64,000 nucleotides of DNA from Vicinamibacteria bacterium (GTDB taxonomy: Bacteria > Acidobacteriota > Vicinamibacteria > Marinacidobacterales > Marinacidobacteraceae), in assembly GCA_963668695.2 (NCBI GenBank), contig CAXXLQ010000004.1:3392001-3456000 (forward strand), in the 5' to 3' direction. Below the pieces are notes generated by a model, which worked only from the letters and a program-made list of their open reading frames with translations, had not been told where the DNA came from and did not search any database. How positions within the stretch are numbered: the stretch's first letter is position 1; each line of letters begins with the position of its first letter. A program made the translations under genes and the position numbers. This document shows, piece after piece, positions 58,933 through 64,000 of the stretch.

Positions 58933-59430
58933 CTAGCCGAGAGCCGCCTGCAGGTGCATTTTGCCGAAGTGGATCGTCAGTACCGGCTTGCCGACGAAGT
59001 CCCCGCTTCCGGCGGTGATGTCGATCAACATGTGGTCGGCGGTCCCCATCTGGTCGGAGAAGCGGGAGTCCAGCTTCATGACCTTGCTCATGTCGGGCAT
59101 CTCGCCCCGGGGGATCCGGCCCTCGTGGAGCGCCATCGTCCAGGAACCGTCGTCGCCCATGAGAACCCCGATGGTGTATTCGCCGGCGGCGATCGTCATG
59201 TCGCCCGCCATGACATCGGCGGAAACGTTCAAGCGCGGGCCCCGGGGGCTGACGAAAGTGCCTGCCTCGATGGCCGTCACGTGGTCCATGTTGGCGTCGG
59301 TGGAGTTGTAGGACACCGACACCTCCACCTCGCCAATGGTGGTGGACACGGTCTTGTTGAAATGGGGATGGGCGAAGGCCAACGCGGAAACGGCGAGGGC
59401 AGCAAGCGTCCAGGAAGCGATACGGATCAT
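58933..59430 (-). CDS. Secreted DUF2911-like protein
   Basis: Signal peptide; VSVSY, DVMAGDMTIAAGEYTI..WTM pattern; GGAGAAGAGG RBS. Confidence 0.6.
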   Translation of the reverse strand: MIRIASWTLAALAVSALAFAHPHFNKTVSTTIGEVEVSVSYNSTDANMDHVTAIEAGTFVSPRGPRLNVSADVMAGDMTIAAGEYTIGVLMGDDGSWTMALHEGRIPRGEMPDMSKVMKLDSRFSDQMGTADHMLIDITAGSGDFVGKPVLTIHFGKMHLQAALG

Positions 59431-59561
59431 GATCCTCTTCTCCAATATGGGAAAACGGGTCGCCGATGCGGCCCGGATGTGGAGCCGACATTCTAGGGCA
59501 CGGCGTCTGCCGGGAGCAGGCCCCACCGGGAGCCTCCCGGCCTAGCTACCGGTCCTGTCGC

Positions 59562-60779
59562 TCAGGCGGCGCGGGGGAAGTCCCGGCGCCACTCCCGTGC
59601 GACCTCGACGACCTGGTCCACATCCGCCTCGTTGTTGTGGATGAAGCAGCTGAAGCGAAGTACCGCGCGCCGCACCGAGAAGACCACCCCGGCGGCCACC
59701 AGGCGTGCCCGCAGCGCTTCGAGGGCCGGATCGCTCACCTTTCGCTCACCCTGGCGACCAAGGGTCCCCACCGTAACGATGTGCGAAATCTCGGGCACCG
59801 GAGAACCGCTGGTCAGCGGCAACCCCAACTCGTGGAGCCCGCGCGCGAGGCGTTGCGAAAGCTCCAAGGAGCGCCGCTCGATCGCGGCGGCGCCGAACTC
59901 CTCGAGCATGGCGAGCGCGGCATCAATGGCCACCGCACCGAGATAGTTGTAGTTGCCGAGATCAAAGCGCCGGGCGCCCGGCGCGTAGGGGATGTCGGCA
60001 CCCGGCAACGAGGTCTCGGTGGCCTTGCTGGCGTCGAAGACCACTCCGTGGCGGCCGAGGGCAGCCGGTTTGAGCGCTTCAGCTACTCCCCGCCGGCAGT
60101 AGAGGAATCCGGTGCCATAGAACGCGGAGAGCGCCTTCTGGGTGGCCACCGCGAGCACGTCGGCGCCCATCCGGTCCACGTCGGTCTTGAGCACGCCGAC
60201 CGATTGGGCCGCATCAACGACCAGGAACGCTCCGTGTCGGTCGCGGGCCTCCTTGAGGGGCTCCAGATTTGCGATGAATCCCGGGGAATACGACACCTTG
60301 GCCGCCGCGATGACCCGGGTGCGCGGTCCGACCGCCTCCGCCATCCGGACCGACGGCAGCCGTCCACCTTCCGCCGGCACCGCCTTGAGCCGCACTCCCC
60401 GGCGGAGCGCCAGGTTCCGCCAGGGCAGCACGTTCGCCGGATGCTCGAGGTCCGGGCAATAGACCACCTCGTCGCCGTCCCCCCAGTCGAGCGAGCCGAG
60501 AAAGAGGTTGATGCCATCGGTGACGTTCCGGGTCCAGGCGACCTCGTCGGGGTGGGCCCCGATCCAGTGAGCGAACCGGGAGCGGCCCCGCTCCACGGTA
60601 TTGAATAGTTCATCCTTGTTGGGTCCCCCCTCCATCGCACCGTCCAGGTACCAGTCGCAGACTTCGCGCACCGGGCGAGCGAGCAGGTTGCGCACCGCCA
60701 CGTCCAGATAGGGGCGAAGCGGAGCGCCCGGATAGAGGGCGCGCGCAGCCCGGATGGATTCGTTGTCAGGAAGGGACAC
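59562..60779 (-). CDS. Aminotransferase class V fold PLP enzyme
   Basis: NVTDGIN, LEHPANVLPW, VDAAQSVG, ATQKAL (PLP Lys); no SufS-type RxGHHC catalytic Cys. Confidence 0.88.
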   Translation of the reverse strand: MSLPDNESIRAARALYPGAPLRPYLDVAVRNLLARPVREVCDWYLDGAMEGGPNKDELFNTVERGRSRFAHWIGAHPDEVAWTRNVTDGINLFLGSLDWGDGDEVVYCPDLEHPANVLPWRNLALRRGVRLKAVPAEGGRLPSVRMAEAVGPRTRVIAAAKVSYSPGFIANLEPLKEARDRHGAFLVVDAAQSVGVLKTDVDRMGADVLAVATQKALSAFYGTGFLYCRRGVAEALKPAALGRHGVVFDASKATETSLPGADIPYAPGARRFDLGNYNYLGAVAIDAALAMLEEFGAAAIERRSLELSQRLARGLHELGLPLTSGSPVPEISHIVTVGTLGRQGERKVSDPALEALRARLVAAGVVFSVRRAVLRFSCFIHNNEADVDQVVEVAREWRRDFPRAA

Positions 60780-61989
60780 CGGAGGACTCCTGTTTCTTGC
60801 GTGGGGCTACGACCATGGTTCCCACCAGATCCCCCATGATGTTGGCCGTCGTGGTCGGCATGTCCACGAGGCGGTAGACGCCGGCCACCAGCACGCCGAT
60901 TTCCAGCGGCAGGCCGAAGGCGCTAAGAAGCAGAAACTGGTTCACGACCCCGCCGTTCGGAACGCCCGGAGCGGCGGCGGCGAGCAGCCCGCCGAGGGCG
61001 ATCAGGATCAGGATCTCCCCCACGCTGAAGGACACCCCGACCGTCTGGGCAGTGAACAGCACGATCCCGGACAGCAGCACCGCGCTGCCGTTCTTGTTGA
61101 ACTGGGCGCCGAGAGGCAGGGTGAGAGCATAGGTCGAGCGGGGCAACCCCATCTTCTCGGCGGCATTCAGCGAAGCGCCGAGGCTCGCGAGGCTGCTGCA
61201 GGTGGAGATCGTGGTCGTCCACACGGTCGCCGTTCGCCGCAGGAACGACAGCGGGGACGTTCCGGCGAGAAACCGCAGGACGGCGAAATAAAGAGCGAAG
61301 AGCGCGAGATGCGCGATCCAGATGGCACCAATATATACACCGAGCGGGCCGAAAATGGAGCTTCCGTATTCGCCGACGCTGGCGGCGGCAAGCGCCGCGA
61401 CCCCGAGCGGCCCGAACCACAGCACCCCGGCGACCAGTTGTCGGAGGAGGGCGGTCCCCGAAGCGAAAAACCGCGCGATGTCCGCGCGACGACCCTCGTC
61501 GAGACCCCACGCCGCGAAACCGACCATCAGGCCGAGCACCACCACGGCGGTAATCCGGTCGTCCACAAAAACCCCGAGGGCATTGTCGGGAACGAGCGCG
61601 AACAGGAAGTCCTCGAAACCGGGCACGGCCGCGGGCCCGGCTTCGCCGCCGCTCGCTGCCGAACGGGCCAGGCTCGCACCGGGACGCAGGAGGCCGACCA
61701 CGGTCAGTGAGATGAGGTGGGCCGCCACCGTCGTCGCAAGAAAGAAGGTGCCGATCCGCAGCATGAGCCCACTCACCCGTCCGGACGCTCCCGAAGACGC
61801 CAGCGCCGCGATGAGGTTGAAGAAGACCAGGGGAACGGCAACGAGCGTCAGCAGACGAATGAAGATGTCGCCGAGGAAGGCCACGCGGGTCGCGCTTTCA
61901 CCAAAGACCACTCCGGCGGCGGCGCCCACCCCCATGCCGATCAGCATCAGGTTGCCGAGCGACGGGAGGCGGCGGCGCGCGGCGGTCAT
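60766..61989 (-). CDS. Dicarboxylate/amino acid:cation symporter (DAACS)
   Basis: LGDIFIRLL, STCSSLASL, PLGAQFNKNGSA, APGVPNGG, DMPTTTANIMGD. Confidence 0.9.
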   Translation of the reverse strand: MTAARRRLPSLGNLMLIGMGVGAAAGVVFGESATRVAFLGDIFIRLLTLVAVPLVFFNLIAALASSGASGRVSGLMLRIGTFFLATTVAAHLISLTVVGLLRPGASLARSAASGGEAGPAAVPGFEDFLFALVPDNALGVFVDDRITAVVVLGLMVGFAAWGLDEGRRADIARFFASGTALLRQLVAGVLWFGPLGVAALAAASVGEYGSSIFGPLGVYIGAIWIAHLALFALYFAVLRFLAGTSPLSFLRRTATVWTTTISTCSSLASLGASLNAAEKMGLPRSTYALTLPLGAQFNKNGSAVLLSGIVLFTAQTVGVSFSVGEILILIALGGLLAAAAPGVPNGGVVNQFLLLSAFGLPLEIGVLVAGVYRLVDMPTTTANIMGDLVGTMVVAPRKKQESSGVPS

Positions 61990-62103
61990 GGCCGCACCGT
62001 ATCAGCGGATGCTGTCGATTCGGCGGGGGAAGTCGGCGCGCTCCCGTATCATCCGGCTCCGCGCGGCCGCGCATCGCGGGTCGCCAACCCAAGGAGTCAG
62101 TCC

Positions 62104-64000
62104 ATGAGTCTTCGCGCCCTTCGCTTTCCCCTGCTGCTTCCCCTGCTGCTGGCCGTCGGCAGCCTCCTCGCCGCCGCCGCTGCGGCCCAGGACGAAACCC
62201 GCCAGGTGAACGGCCTGAGCGCCCCGGCCGAAGTCCTCACCGATCGCTGGGGGCTCGACCACATCTACGCCGACAGCGAGGAAGACCTGTTCTTCATCCA
62301 GGGCTACCGCGCCGCCGAGAACCGCCTGTTCCAATTCGAAATGTGGCGGCGGCAGGCGACGGGAACCGTCGCGGCCATTCTGGGGCCTTCGGAACTCCAG
62401 CGGGACATCGGAATCCGACTCCACATGTTCCGGAAGGACATGGGGGAGGAGATGCGCTGGTACCACCCGCAGGGGGACAAGATCATCCCGGCGTTCGTCC
62501 GCGGCATCAACGCCGCGGTGGAACGCGCCCGGCAAGACCCCGATTCCCTGCCCCTCGAATTCCGACTGCTGGGCATCCTCCCCGAGCCCTGGACCGAGGA
62601 AGTCGTGATCTCCCGCCACCAGGGCCTCCTCTCGAACGTAACCCAGGAGCTGAACTACGGGATGGCGGTCGCCGCGATGGGGGCCGAGGCGCTGATGGAC
62701 ATCGACTGGTTCCGTCCCGGCGTGCCCCAACTCGAACTCGACCCGGCGATTGACGGGTCGCTCCTGAAGCGCGAAATCCTGGACATCTATCGCGCTTTCC
62801 GGGGCCCGGTGATCTTCAAGCCGGAGCAGATCGCCGCCGAGTACCGGAACGAGGACGCCGAACGGCTCGCACTCCTTCGGGAAATCCCTTCCGAACTGAG
62901 TCTGGTGGACCTCGGCGAACATATCGGCTCGAACAACTGGGTGGCGCACGGCGAGCGGACCTGGACCGGCCTTCCGCTCATCGTGAACGATCCGCACCGC
63001 ACCATCGTCGCGCCCTCGCTCCGCTATTTCGTCCATCTGGAGGCGCCGGGCTGGAGCGTCATCGGCGGCGGCGAACCGGTCCTTCCGGGTCTCTCCATTG
63101 GACATAACGAGAAGGGCGGCTGGGGACTGACGGTCTTCGGACAAGACAACGAAGACCTGATGGTCTACGACACCAACCCGAGCGACCCGAACCAGTACCG
63201 CTACCTCGGGGAATGGGAGTCCATGACCGTCCGCACCGAGGCCATCGAGGTCAAGGGAGCGGCCGACCACGAAGCGACGCTGAAATACACCCGCCACGGC
63301 CCGGTGCTGTACGAAGACGCGGAGAACAACAAGGCCTATGCGCTGCGCGCCGCCTGGCTCGAAATCGGGAATTCTCCCTACCTCGCCAGCCTGCGGATGG
63401 ACCAGGCCCAGACCTGGGAGGAATTCGTCGAGGCCAACAATTACAGCGGCATTCCGGCCGAGAACATGATCTGGGGCGACGTGGACGGGAACATCGGCTA
63501 CCAGGCGGTGGGCATCTCCCCGATCCGGAGCGCCAAGTGGAGCGGTCTGGTCCCGGTACCCGGCGACGGACGCTACGAGTGGTCGGGGTACCTCCCGATC
63601 AAGGCGCTCCCCTCGGTGAAGAACCCCGAAAAGGGCTTCTGGGGCACCGCGAACAACCTCATGGCGCCCGCGGTGGCCTCGCACTATCCGCATCCGGAAG
63701 CGCTCCACTTCACGTGGGGCGACGAAATACGGGCCCTCCGGGTGGACGAGCTGATGCGGAACGGCCGGCGCCACACCGTCCAGGACATGATGGCCTACCA
63801 GCACGACGAGCTCAGTGTGGTGGCGCGAAACCTTGTCCCGCTGCTGATGCTCGCCGAGCCGCCGGAGAGCCCGGCAAAGGCCGCGCTGGCCGATTGGGAC
63901 TTCGTCATGGACAAGGCGTCGGTGGCGGCGACCATCTATCTGCACTTCGAACGGCGGGTTTCGGAGGCGATGCGGGAGCGCTTCATCCCCGAAGCGGCCC
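62104..64000 (+). CDS. Penicillin acylase family (peptidase S45) protein, runs off the right edge
   Basis: Manual translation: signal peptide, DRWGLDHIYA, RLFQFEMWRR, GSNNW (Ntn Ser), NDPHR, IGHNE, YTRHGPV. Confidence 0.93.
   Translation, partial: MSLRALRFPLLLPLLLAVGSLLAAAAAAQDETRQVNGLSAPAEVLTDRWGLDHIYADSEEDLFFIQGYRAAENRLFQFEMWRRQATGTVAAILGPSELQRDIGIRLHMFRKDMGEEMRWYHPQGDKIIPAFVRGINAAVERARQDPDSLPLEFRLLGILPEPWTEEVVISRHQGLLSNVTQELNYGMAVAAMGAEALMDIDWFRPGVPQLELDPAIDGSLLKREILDIYRAFRGPVIFKPEQIAAEYRNEDAERLALLREIPSELSLVDLGEHIGSNNWVAHGERTWTGLPLIVNDPHRTIVAPSLRYFVHLEAPGWSVIGGGEPVLPGLSIGHNEKGGWGLTVFGQDNEDLMVYDTNPSDPNQYRYLGEWESMTVRTEAIEVKGAADHEATLKYTRHGPVLYEDAENNKAYALRAAWLEIGNSPYLASLRMDQAQTWEEFVEANNYSGIPAENMIWGDVDGNIGYQAVGISPIRSAKWSGLVPVPGDGRYEWSGYLPIKALPSVKNPEKGFWGTANNLMAPAVASHYPHPEALHFTWGDEIRALRVDELMRNGRRHTVQDMMAYQHDELSVVARNLVPLLMLAEPPESPAKAALADWDFVMDKASVAATIYLHFERRVSEAMRERFIPEAA

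Noticed and set aside
59521-59532. Partial 18-mer (CCCCACCGGGAG) inside an intergenic hairpin
   Set aside because: Only 12 of 18 nt match in GC-rich DNA, so it was not counted, although the hairpin location is suggestive.

Overview
GC-rich, gene-dense bacterial window with about 45 CDS and no rRNA, tRNA or CRISPR array seen. The gene content suggests a host-associated, probably sponge-symbiont, Acidobacteria-like genome (inference): LRR/cadherin/Calx-beta surface proteins, CRTAC1 plus multiheme TPR proteins, SorAB, a PPTase with an alpha/beta hydrolase, and many toxin-antitoxin modules. Main unexplained structure: an 18-nt unit, CCAGTTCTCCCGGTGGGG, occurs 15 times, only inside intergenic palindromic repeats. 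It fills four fixed sites of a 181-bp TA-flanked MITE (empty and filled copies coexist, and their lengths add up exactly) and also sits in an unrelated REP element. Other highlights: a probable UGA-recoded selenoprotein (UxxC plus a SECIS-like hairpin) missed by the ORF track; a vapBC operon split by two tandem MITEs; a PptH-like hydrolase coupled to a PPTase; a 13-heme multiheme/CRTAC1 operon; and several disrupted genes (RND efflux pair, cysC, a Calx-beta protein), some of which may be assembly errors. All calls come from reading motifs by eye; no database searches were run.
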